64,000 nucleotides of DNA, taken from positions 1 through 64,000 of the forward strand of contig CAWAWS010000003.1 of NCBI GenBank assembly GCA_963785725.1, in the 5' to 3' direction. Position 1 is the first letter of the stretch; every line of letters starts with the position of its first letter. Positions 37,366 to 45,247 of this stretch are shown here, piece by piece. The translations under genes and the position numbers were made by a program. This stretch comes from an uncultured delta proteobacterium (GTDB taxonomy: Bacteria; Myxococcota_A; Polyangia; Palsa-1104). The notes beneath the pieces were generated by a model that searched no databases, was not told the origin of the DNA, and saw nothing but the letters and a program-made list of their open reading frames with translations.

Positions 37366-37582
37366 AATCGCCGACGACGAATCCGCCGCGGATCACCTGC
37401 GCGCAGCAGTCCTAAATCGCCGCGCGCAGCCCGCTGCAGATCGCCGCGCGTGCAGCCGGAAATCGCCCCGCGAGCGCGTCGGCAAAATCGCCGCGCGCGC
37501 AGCCGTGAATCGCCGCGCGCAGCCGTGAATCGCCGCGCGCAGCCGTGAACCGCCGCGCGCGCGCAAGCGCAATCGCGCGCGG
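37366..37582. repeat. Imperfect 20-25 bp tandem repeat with core AATCGCCGCGCGCAGCC
   Basis: Near-identical 20-mers at 37508, 37528 and 37548; degenerate copies at about 37415, 37439, 37461, 37486 and 37571. Confidence 0.75.
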
Positions 37583-37595
37583 CGACACCGCCACC

Positions 37596-37749
37596 TGCGG
37601 CCGATTGTCGCAGCGACGAGCGCGCCCGCGGGCGCTGTCGTTCTATGTCCGCTGCGACGCGCCTTCCGCGACAGACAACAGCACATAGAAAAGCGACATA
37701 AAAACTGCGACACGTTGCCACGCGTAATCGGGTGCGACAAATCGCCGCA
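37596..37749. promoter_or_regulatory. Cluster of TGCGRCA-N3-TGYCGCA-like sites upstream of the ketosynthase operon
   Basis: TGCGGCCGATTGTCGCA (37596), TGCGACACGTTGCCACG (37706), TGCGACAAATCGCCGCA (37733), in an A/T-richer spacer. Confidence 0.5.
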
Positions 37750-38042
37750 CAAAATGAAACATCAATGATTTCAACACACGAGAAACAATATACGTCGGCG
37801 CGCGCACGAACGAATCGACGAGGGAAAGCAAATCGCCACCGTCGAGCGCACTTGGCGGCCGGGCGTTTCCTTGACACTTACACACCATTGCTGCCATTTG
37901 AATTTGTACGCTCGTACGGTCGGCCAAAACTGCCCGCTGCGCGCGATTCTCGACGAGAGGGAAGAAGATCTGTTGATTCGAACGTAACCAAAACTGATTC
38001 GGTTTGCGTTCGATTTGAATTGGTTTCGCGGTCGCTGGGGAG

Positions 38043-39350
38043 ATGGAGCAGCACATGGAAGTCGTCGTCACCGGGATCGGTCCGCTCTTGCCGAACTGCG
38101 CCGACCGCGGCGCCTTGTGGACGCACCTGCGCGAAGGGCTGTCGCAGCTGACGTTCGAGCCGACGCCGACGAGCGACGGCGGACAATGGAGCGCCGGGCG
38201 CCTCGGCGACCTCGAGCCGGCGCGCTGGCTCGACCGTTTCCCACGCAAATTCTACGAGCGTTACAGCCGCGAGCAGCAGATCTACTTGGTGTCGCTGGTC
38301 ATCGCGCTCGCCGACGCGCGGCTCGACCTCGACGACGAGCCGCGCGAGCGCGTGGCGCTGTTCGACGGCACGTCCCGCGGCAACTTCGACTTTTGGTACG
38401 ACCGCGTGCGGCAAGAGCAGGCGCGCCCGCCGAGCGAGCTGTACACGCGGCGCGAGCTGATGCTGGGGACGCCCGGACAAGCGGCGAATCTGGCGGCGGC
38501 GCTGTTTCGCATTCGCGGGCCGGTCTACACCTTCAGTGGCACCTGCTGCTCGGGCGCGATGGCGCTCGGTCAGGCCTATCGCGAGCTCGCGAGCGGCGGC
38601 GACATCGAAGTCGCGCTCGCCAGCGGCCACGACTCGTGCCGCGCCGCCCCGCTCTATCATATGTATCGCGAGGCCGGGCTCGTCTCCGCCGAGCAGAAGG
38701 ACGCGCGCCGCGCCATTCGCCCCTTCGCCGCCGCCGATTCCCCCGTCGACGGCGGCGTGCACGGCAACGCCTTCGGCGAAGGCGCCATCACGATCGTGCT
38801 CGAGACGCGCGCCCACGCCGAACGCCGCGGCGCGAACATCTTGGCGACCATCGGCGGCTTTCAGTGCGGCAACAACGGCGCCCATCCCACCGACGTCGAC
38901 AAAGAGGGAACGCGGGCGACGGCGCTCATGAATCGCGTGCTGCAGCGGAGCGGGGTCGATCAGGAGCAGATCGGCTTCGTCGTCGGACACGGCAACGGGG
39001 TCGCGCAGAGCGACCGCTCCGAGGTCGCCTATTTGCAGCGCGTCTTCGCGGCGCGCACGCCGGAAGTGCCGCTCTTGTCGACGAAGCCGCTCTATGGCCA
39101 CCTGTTGGGCGCGTCGAGCACGCTCAACGTCGCGGCGGCGGTGTTGATGCTGCATCACCGCTGGGTCGTGCCGACGGCGAACGTCGACGGTGGCCCCTTC
39201 CTGACGGCCGACCGGCGCGCGAGCGGAGGCGTCGATCATCGCGCCGGCGGCGGACGGCCGTGCCATTCGCCGGCGGGCATGGCGGTCTCGTACGGCATCG
39301 GCGGGCACAACACGGTGACGCTGGTCGAGCGCGTCGAGGCGGCGGCCTAA
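38043..39350 (+). CDS. FabF/FabB-type beta-ketoacyl synthase (start 38043 or 38055)
   Basis: 'VVVTGIG'; Cys in 'SGTCCSG'; His in 'VVGHGNG' and 'STKPLYGHLLGA'; 'FGEGA'; 'SYGIGGHN'. Confidence 0.85.
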   Translation: MEQHMEVVVTGIGPLLPNCADRGALWTHLREGLSQLTFEPTPTSDGGQWSAGRLGDLEPARWLDRFPRKFYERYSREQQIYLVSLVIALADARLDLDDEPRERVALFDGTSRGNFDFWYDRVRQEQARPPSELYTRRELMLGTPGQAANLAAALFRIRGPVYTFSGTCCSGAMALGQAYRELASGGDIEVALASGHDSCRAAPLYHMYREAGLVSAEQKDARRAIRPFAAADSPVDGGVHGNAFGEGAITIVLETRAHAERRGANILATIGGFQCGNNGAHPTDVDKEGTRATALMNRVLQRSGVDQEQIGFVVGHGNGVAQSDRSEVAYLQRVFAARTPEVPLLSTKPLYGHLLGASSTLNVAAAVLMLHHRWVVPTANVDGGPFLTADRRASGGVDHRAGGGRPCHSPAGMAVSYGIGGHNTVTLVERVEAAA

Positions 39351-41177
39351 ATGCGCGCCGGCAAATTGATGCGCCTTCACGACGCCGTGCGCGCCCACGT
39401 CACGCCGGGCATGCATCTGCACTTCGCGTCGACGCCGAGCCGCTCGAACGCGGCCGTGCGTGAGATCGCGCGCTCGTTCGTCGGCACCCGGCCGCGCTTT
39501 AGGCTGAGCAGCACCGGCTTTCACTCGCTCTTGCACCTCTTGCCGATGCTGCGGCTGGGCGAGACCTTGGCGGGCTGCTTCTTCGGCGATCATTATCCGG
39601 CGCCGCGACCGAACCCGCTCTACACGCGCGTCGCCGCCGCCGGCGTCACGCTCGAGCAGTGGTCGCTGGGCTCGTTCGTGGCCAGCTTGCGCGCCGGCGC
39701 CCAGGGCGACCGCTGGGCCGTCAATCGCACGCTCGCGGGCACGACGCTGGCCGCCGATCTCGCCGCGGCCGGACGTTATCGCGAGCTGCCCGATCCCGCC
39801 GACGACACGCGCAGCCTCGGCCTGTGCGCGGCCATGCGGTCCGACGTCACGTTCGTCCACGCCGCGGTCGGCGACGACGACGGCAACGTCCTCATGTCGG
39901 CGCCGTTCTCCGAAGGCTTGTGGAGCGCGCTCGGGGCCAAACGCGGCGTCATCGTCACCGTCGAGCGACTGGCGCCGTGCGCGTGGAGCCGCGAATATCC
40001 CGACTTGATCGCGCTGCCGGCCGATCGCGTGCTCGCGGTGTGCGTCGAGCCGTTCGGCGCCCATCCGCAGTCGTTTCACTGCGAGCCCGACCTCGGCGTC
40101 GCCTCTTATCGGGACGATTTCGCGCACTACGACGCCTGGCGCGCGCTGACGACGGACGAGGCGGCGGCCGGTCGCGTCATCGCCCGCATCATCGACGGCG
40201 ACGACGGCGGCGAGGCCTACCGCGCCATGGTCGGCGGCGCGCGACTGGCGGAGCTGACCGTGCCGCGGGCGCGGCGGGCCTATCGCCGCACGTGGACGCC
40301 CGCTCCGACAGCTCCGGCGCGCGCTCAGACAGTGCTCGCCCCACGGGCGGCGCAAGACAGCTCGCGCGCGCCGGAGCTGTCTCCGCTCTGCCTGCAGACC
40401 AGAACGAGCCGGAAGGAACGCGCCGTGAGCAAGGGACGCGCGGTCGATCACATGATCGTCGGTGGGGCGCGGCAGTTGGCGGCGCGGGCCAAGGCGATGG
40501 GCGCGCGCGTGCTCATCGCCGGCATCGGGCACGCGTTTTTTGCGTCGCGGATGGCGCAGCTGCAGCTGGCGGACGAAGGATTCGAGCTGCAGGTCATGGT
40601 CGAGATCGGGCTCTATGGCGTCGCCTGCGGCGTCGAAGGGCATGGCTATCCGCTCGCGTATGACAATGTTCGGCATGCGCGGCGGCTGAGCTCGATCGAC
40701 GACGTGCTCGGCGTGCTCAGCTGCGGCGCCGACAACCGCTGCTTGGGCGCGCTCGGCGCCGCGCAGGTCGACGCCGAGGGCAACTTGAACAGCACGCGCT
40801 TGGCCGACGGGCGCGTGCTCGTGGGATCGGGCGGCGCGTGCGACATCGCGGCGGCGGCGACCGAAGTCGTCGTCCTGACGCGCCTCGAGCCCGGGCGGCT
40901 GGTCGCGAGGCTCGACCATCGCACCAGCCCCGGTCGTGCCGTGAAATCGGTCGTCACCGATCGCGGCACGCTCGTGCGCGGCGACGGCGGCTGGCAGCTG
41001 GCGTCGCTGTCGGCGGACGCCGCGAACGACGACGATCGCGCAGCCGTCGCGCGCGACTGCGCCTGGCCGTTGACGTTCGCGGCCGAGCTGACGCACGCCG
41101 CGCCCATCACGGCGCGCGAGGCCGAGCTTTTGACGATGCTCGATCCCGACGGTCTCTTTCGCGGACGTGCCGCATGA
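39351..41177 (+). CDS. Fused alpha+beta family-I CoA-transferase (glutaconate CoA-transferase GctAB-like)
   Basis: Alpha half 'HAAVGDDDGNV', 'VIVTVERL', 'VEPFGAHP'; beta half 'IAGIG', 'MVEIGLYG' (Glu at the catalytic position), 'LGAAQVDAEGNLNST', 'VGSGGACDI', 'DHRTSPG', 'VVTDRG'. Confidence 0.82.
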   Translation: MRAGKLMRLHDAVRAHVTPGMHLHFASTPSRSNAAVREIARSFVGTRPRFRLSSTGFHSLLHLLPMLRLGETLAGCFFGDHYPAPRPNPLYTRVAAAGVTLEQWSLGSFVASLRAGAQGDRWAVNRTLAGTTLAADLAAAGRYRELPDPADDTRSLGLCAAMRSDVTFVHAAVGDDDGNVLMSAPFSEGLWSALGAKRGVIVTVERLAPCAWSREYPDLIALPADRVLAVCVEPFGAHPQSFHCEPDLGVASYRDDFAHYDAWRALTTDEAAAGRVIARIIDGDDGGEAYRAMVGGARLAELTVPRARRAYRRTWTPAPTAPARAQTVLAPRAAQDSSRAPELSPLCLQTRTSRKERAVSKGRAVDHMIVGGARQLAARAKAMGARVLIAGIGHAFFASRMAQLQLADEGFELQVMVEIGLYGVACGVEGHGYPLAYDNVRHARRLSSIDDVLGVLSCGADNRCLGALGAAQVDAEGNLNSTRLADGRVLVGSGGACDIAAAATEVVVLTRLEPGRLVARLDHRTSPGRAVKSVVTDRGTLVRGDGGWQLASLSADAANDDDRAAVARDCAWPLTFAAELTHAAPITAREAELLTMLDPDGLFRGRAA

Positions 41178-42145
41178 GCGAGCACGACGTGCGCATCACC
41201 GGCTTCGCCAGCTACCTGCCGAAGCTCATGCATACGAACGCGACCTTGCCGCCGCTCGACGAGCCGATCGGCGACGACGAGCTGCAGCGCATCGGCGTCT
41301 TCCGGCGCGGCTGGGCCGGCGAAGACGAGGGCGTGGCCGACATGGCGCTCGCCGCCGCCCAGCGCGCGCTCGCGCGTGCCGGCGTGCGCGCCGACGAGCT
41401 CGACGTGGTCATCGTCGCCAACTGGACGCAGCGTCGCTTCTTGCCCGAGTTCGCGCCCAAGCTGAAGCTGCTGCTCGGCGCCGCGCGCGCGTTCGCCCAC
41501 GACCTCGGCTGCGCCTGCGCCGGCTTTCTGTACGGCGTCGCCACCGCCAGCGAATTCCTACGCAATCCGCGCTATCGGCGCGCGCTCGTCGTCGCCTCGG
41601 AGACGACGTCGCGACGGGCGCGACCGGGCAGCCGCGGCACGCTCATCCTCGGCGATGGCGCAGGCGCCTTCGTGCTCGAGCGCGCCGACGATTCCGACGC
41701 GCGCGGCGGCAAGCTCATCGACTACGAGCTCGCCAGCGACGGCGCGCATCACGGCATCATGGAGATCAACGCCGCCGGCTGGGTGCAGACGCATCTGCCG
41801 CAGCGCGAGCTGTGCGCGCTGGCGGCGCGCTCGATCGCCGACGTCAGCCGCCGGCTGCTCGACCGCAACGGCCTCACCCTCGCCGACGTCGCCTGGCTGG
41901 TGCCGCATTCGGGCACCGCCGGCGTGCAAGCGGCCATCGCGCGCACGCTCGAGCTGCCCGACACGCGCATCCTCACCAACTACGCCGACGTCGGCAACGT
42001 GTCGTCGGCGTCGATTCCCGTCGCGCTCGATCATTTCGTGGCCGCGGGTCGCGTGCAGCCGGGCGATCTCGTGCTGTCGGCGGCGGTCGGTGGCGGCTGG
42101 TACGTCGCCGCCGCGCTCTACACCGTCGGCGAGGCGCACGCGTGA
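41174..42145 (+). CDS. KAS-III/FabH-like condensing enzyme with an intact Cys-His-Asn triad
   Basis: 'DLGCACAGFLYG', 'LGDGAGA', 'LVPHSG', 'VGNVSSASIP', 'AVGGG'; ATGA overlap with the CoA-transferase stop. Confidence 0.88.
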   Translation: MSEHDVRITGFASYLPKLMHTNATLPPLDEPIGDDELQRIGVFRRGWAGEDEGVADMALAAAQRALARAGVRADELDVVIVANWTQRRFLPEFAPKLKLLLGAARAFAHDLGCACAGFLYGVATASEFLRNPRYRRALVVASETTSRRARPGSRGTLILGDGAGAFVLERADDSDARGGKLIDYELASDGAHHGIMEINAAGWVQTHLPQRELCALAARSIADVSRRLLDRNGLTLADVAWLVPHSGTAGVQAAIARTLELPDTRILTNYADVGNVSSASIPVALDHFVAAGRVQPGDLVLSAAVGGGWYVAAALYTVGEAHA

Positions 42146-43182
42146 CCGGCGCGCATCGCCGCGGCGAGTTCGTCAGCGAGCTGGTCGCCACCGGCTACGC
42201 CTACCCGCGCACGATCGTCGACAACGAGGAGTTCTTCGCGCGCTGCCGCTTCCCCATCGCCGACGGCGCCGGCGGTCGCGCCACGCTCGTGGCCGACACG
42301 CGCATGAAGACGCGACGCTGGTGCGGCCCGGGCGAAAACACCTGGACGATGGCGCAGGAAGCGGTGGCGATGGCGATGACCGAGAGCCCGCTGCCGGCGA
42401 GCGAGATCGATCTGGTCATCGTCTCCTCGTGCTCGACGATCCCGATGGTCAACGTGCCCAACGCCGACAATCCGGTCATGGCCGACCTGGCGCCGCTGGT
42501 GCTGGCGCAGCTCGGCCGCGACGACGGCGTCGCCATCGACCTGAAGGCCGGCTATTGCGCCGGCTTCTTGCGCAGCCTGGAGGTGATGGACGCCATGCTG
42601 CAAACGGGCGCCTATCGCGCCGGGCTCGTCGTTGCCAGCGACGAAGGCGGCCGCTTCGCCACCGCCGAGAGCAACCGCTCGGCGTTCTGCTTCATCGTCG
42701 GTGACGCCGCCGGCGCCGTCGTCATGAAGCCGCGGCCGCGCAGCACCGTCGGCAGCGGCGGCCTCGGCCTCGTCGACTGCCTGACGCGCACGGTGCCGAG
42801 CTGCGCCGACTTGACCGGCTGGGGCGCCGACGGCCGCTCGCTCTACGTCAAAGGCGCGCGCGCCGGCGCCACCGGCCTCGCCCTCCTGCTCGACGCCGGC
42901 CGCGAATTGCTCGCGCGCAACCACATGAGCGGCGCCGACGTCGATTGGCTCTTACCGGCGCAGACCCACGTCGCCACCGTCGAGGCGCTGTGCGACGGCC
43001 TCGACGTGCCGCGCGCCAAGCTGTGCTGGTCGGGCGACGTCACCGGCTACTCGGCCAGCGCCAGCATCGCCGCCAGCCTCGGCGAACGCCGCCGATCGGG
43101 CGCGCTGCACAAAGGCGACCTCGTCCTCTCGCTCGCGGTCGGCGCCGGGATGAACGTCGCCGCCGCTTTGTACTTTTGTTGA
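42142..43182 (+). CDS. Second KAS-III/FabH-like protein; Cys kept, His and Asn positions substituted
   Basis: 'DLKAGYCAGF', 'VGDAAGA', 'LLPAQTH' (PHQ expected), 'TGYSASASI' (GN expected), 'AVGAG'; GTGA overlap. Confidence 0.82.
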   Translation: MTGAHRRGEFVSELVATGYAYPRTIVDNEEFFARCRFPIADGAGGRATLVADTRMKTRRWCGPGENTWTMAQEAVAMAMTESPLPASEIDLVIVSSCSTIPMVNVPNADNPVMADLAPLVLAQLGRDDGVAIDLKAGYCAGFLRSLEVMDAMLQTGAYRAGLVVASDEGGRFATAESNRSAFCFIVGDAAGAVVMKPRPRSTVGSGGLGLVDCLTRTVPSCADLTGWGADGRSLYVKGARAGATGLALLLDAGRELLARNHMSGADVDWLLPAQTHVATVEALCDGLDVPRAKLCWSGDVTGYSASASIAASLGERRRSGALHKGDLVLSLAVGAGMNVAAALYFC

Positions 43183-43192
43183 CGGCTTGCTC

Positions 43193-43936
43193 ATGGAGGC
43201 GCGCGTGGGACTGCTGGCGGAAAAAGTAGTCGTGGTGACGGGAGCGACGTCGGGCATCGGCGCCGAGCTGTCGCGTCGGCTCTATCACGAAGGCGCGACC
43301 GTCATCGGCGTCGGCCGCCGCGCCGACACGCTCGCCGCCGAGGAGACGCGCGGTGAAGGCCGCTTCATCGGCATCGCGACCAACCTCGCCGATCCCGAAG
43401 CGCGCCCGCTGGCGATCGAGTCGATCGCGCAATATGCGCCGCGCATCGACCTCTTGGTCAACAACGCGGGCGAGACCAGCTACGAGACGCCGCTCGAGCT
43501 CGGTTACGAGCGCTGGCGGCAGCTGTGGGAAGTGAACCTGCACGCGGCCATCGAGCTGTCGTTGGCGCTGGCGCCGCGGATTCAGCCGGGCGGCAGCCTC
43601 ATCAATGTCTCGTCGATCACGGCGCGCATGCCGCCCAACGTGCGCTTCGCGGCCTACGCGGCCACCAAAGGCGCGCTCGATCGCGTGACCGAAGCGCTGC
43701 GGCTCGAGCTCGATCCGCGTCAGGTGCGCGTCTCGTCGATCGCGCCCGGGCTCGTCGACACGCCGATCTACGACAAGCTGGCCGGCTTCGCCGAGACGCG
43801 CGCGAAGATCATGCGGCAAGTGCCGCGCTGGCTCTCGCCGGGCGACGTCGCCGACGCGATCGTGTGGATGGCGTCGCGGCCGGCGCACGTCGTCATCAGC
43901 GAGCTGGTGATCTTGCCGTCGGGCCAAGGACGATGA
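43193..43936 (+). CDS. Short-chain dehydrogenase/reductase
   Basis: 'TGATSGIG', 'LVNNAG', 'NVSS', 'YAATK', 'IAPGLVDT'. Confidence 0.9.
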   Translation: MEARVGLLAEKVVVVTGATSGIGAELSRRLYHEGATVIGVGRRADTLAAEETRGEGRFIGIATNLADPEARPLAIESIAQYAPRIDLLVNNAGETSYETPLELGYERWRQLWEVNLHAAIELSLALAPRIQPGGSLINVSSITARMPPNVRFAAYAATKGALDRVTEALRLELDPRQVRVSSIAPGLVDTPIYDKLAGFAETRAKIMRQVPRWLSPGDVADAIVWMASRPAHVVISELVILPSGQGR

Positions 43937-44415
43937 CGGACCCGCTCATGGACGCCGAGCTGCAGCAAAAGTCGGAGCGCTATCTCGACGAGCTGTTCGG
44001 TCCCGGCGCCGGCGCGCGTCACAGCCGCTTCTTGCAGCAGCTCGAGAACGAGGGATTGCGTACAGAGATCCATCGTTATCACGCGCTGCAGGCCGATCAG
44101 TCGCAGCTCTCGGTGGGCGAGCATTACTTGATCGCGCTCTGTGTCTTGTGCGCGCTCAGGTCGTACGGCACGGCGCAGATGTTCGCCAAGACGCTGCGTC
44201 ATCTCGGCGTCTCGCGCGGCAAGATCCTGGCGGCGTTGGCGCGGCTGTCGATGTGGACGGGCGGCATTCCGGCGGTCGAGGCCACGCTGGCGATGACGCG
44301 GGCGCTCGACGAGTACGATCGCCTGGGCGCGGCGTCGCTGGCCGCGTGGTTTCCCGACGAAAACGGCGTCGGCCAAGCGCCGCGGCCGCGTCAGCCGGAG
44401 CCGCGTCATGGCTGA
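43933..44415 (+). CDS. Carboxymuconolactone-decarboxylase/AhpD-like helical protein
   Basis: 'LSVGEHYLIALCVLCAL...LGVSRGKILAALARLSMWTGGIPAV' fits the CMD/AhpD helix pattern; ATGA overlap with the SDR stop. Confidence 0.55.
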   Translation: MTDPLMDAELQQKSERYLDELFGPGAGARHSRFLQQLENEGLRTEIHRYHALQADQSQLSVGEHYLIALCVLCALRSYGTAQMFAKTLRHLGVSRGKILAALARLSMWTGGIPAVEATLAMTRALDEYDRLGAASLAAWFPDENGVGQAPRPRQPEPRHG

Positions 44416-45223
44416 TCGGCCGGTCGATCGTCCGCTCGATCGTCCGCCGCTGCTCGCCGGCGCGCGCGGCGTCGTCATCGGCGTCTCCAGCGAGCGCAGC
44501 ATCGGCTACGCCTGCGCGGCCACGGCGCGCGCGCTCGGCGCCGAGGTCGCCATCACCTATCGCCCGGCGCGCTGGCGCGACGGCGCGCGGCTGGCCGAGC
44601 AGCTCGGCGCCAGCTTGCACGCGCCGCTCGAAGCCGGCGACGACGCGACGATCGACGAAGCCTTCGCCGCGCTCGAGCAGGCGTTCGGTCGGCTCGACTT
44701 CGTCGTCCACACGCTCATGCATGTGCCGTCGGAGCTGCTCGAGCGGCCGCTGACGGCGCTGTCGCGCGACGATTTTGCCCGCGTGCTCGACGTCGGCGTG
44801 CATTCGCTGTTGCGGCTGTGCCGGCACGCGCGGCCGCTGCTCATGCGCTCCCAAGCGCCGCGCGTCGTCACCATCAGCTCGCCCTGCAGCCAGCGCGCGA
44901 CGCCGCACTATCACGTCGCCGGCATCGCCAAAGCGGCGCTCGAGTCGGCGCTCATCTACCTCGCGCAGGAGCTCGGTCCGGCCGGCATCTTGTGCAACGC
45001 CGTGAGCCCGGCGCTGCTCGCCACCGACGGCGCGCTGGCCGTCGTCGGCGCCGACGCTGCGGCCGCGACCCGCGCGCACCTCGGCAAGCGCGCGGCGACG
45101 CGCCGGCCCACCGAGCTCGACGACGTCGCCGATTGCGTCGCCTGGCTGTGCAGCCCGATGGCGCGACAAGTGACCGGCGAAGTCATCACCATCGATGGCG
45201 GCTATTCACGCAGCTATTTCTGA
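44408..45223 (+). CDS. FabI-like enoyl-thioester reductase
   Basis: 'GVSSERSIGYACA', 'FGRLDFVVH', 'PHYHVAGIAKAALES' (Y-x6-K), 'ELGPAGILCNAVSP', 'VTGEVITIDGGY'. Confidence 0.85.
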   Translation: MADRPVDRPLDRPPLLAGARGVVIGVSSERSIGYACAATARALGAEVAITYRPARWRDGARLAEQLGASLHAPLEAGDDATIDEAFAALEQAFGRLDFVVHTLMHVPSELLERPLTALSRDDFARVLDVGVHSLLRLCRHARPLLMRSQAPRVVTISSPCSQRATPHYHVAGIAKAALESALIYLAQELGPAGILCNAVSPALLATDGALAVVGADAAAATRAHLGKRAATRRPTELDDVADCVAWLCSPMARQVTGEVITIDGGYSRSYF

Positions 45224-45247
45224 CGCGGCAGCCTTGGGGGAGAGCGA

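Noticed and set aside
37366..37582. CRISPR array
   Set aside because: Units are contiguous with no unique spacers, and there are no cas genes in the window
38021..38036. Sigma54 promoter TGGTTTCGCGGTCGCT for the ketosynthase operon (and TGGCCCTCGTCTTGC before the chitinase at 37050)
   Set aside because: GG-N10-GC spacing is right, but the predicted start sites fall within or a few bases from the translation initiation region; not supportable without TSS data
37878..41096. 1072-aa minus-strand ORF and similar long antisense ORFs (24674..27016, 28270..30468, 54383..56254, 57893..59773)
   Set aside because: Shadow ORFs of motif-bearing genes on the opposite strand, expected in high-GC DNA; Arg/Ala-rich with no motifs
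38043..45223. Housekeeping fatty-acid synthesis (fab) operon or a known ole/dar/pqs/aryl-polyene cluster
   Set aside because: No acpP, fabD, plsX or dehydratase; a CoA-transferase and a CMD-like gene are present; the gene set matches none of those pathways as I know them
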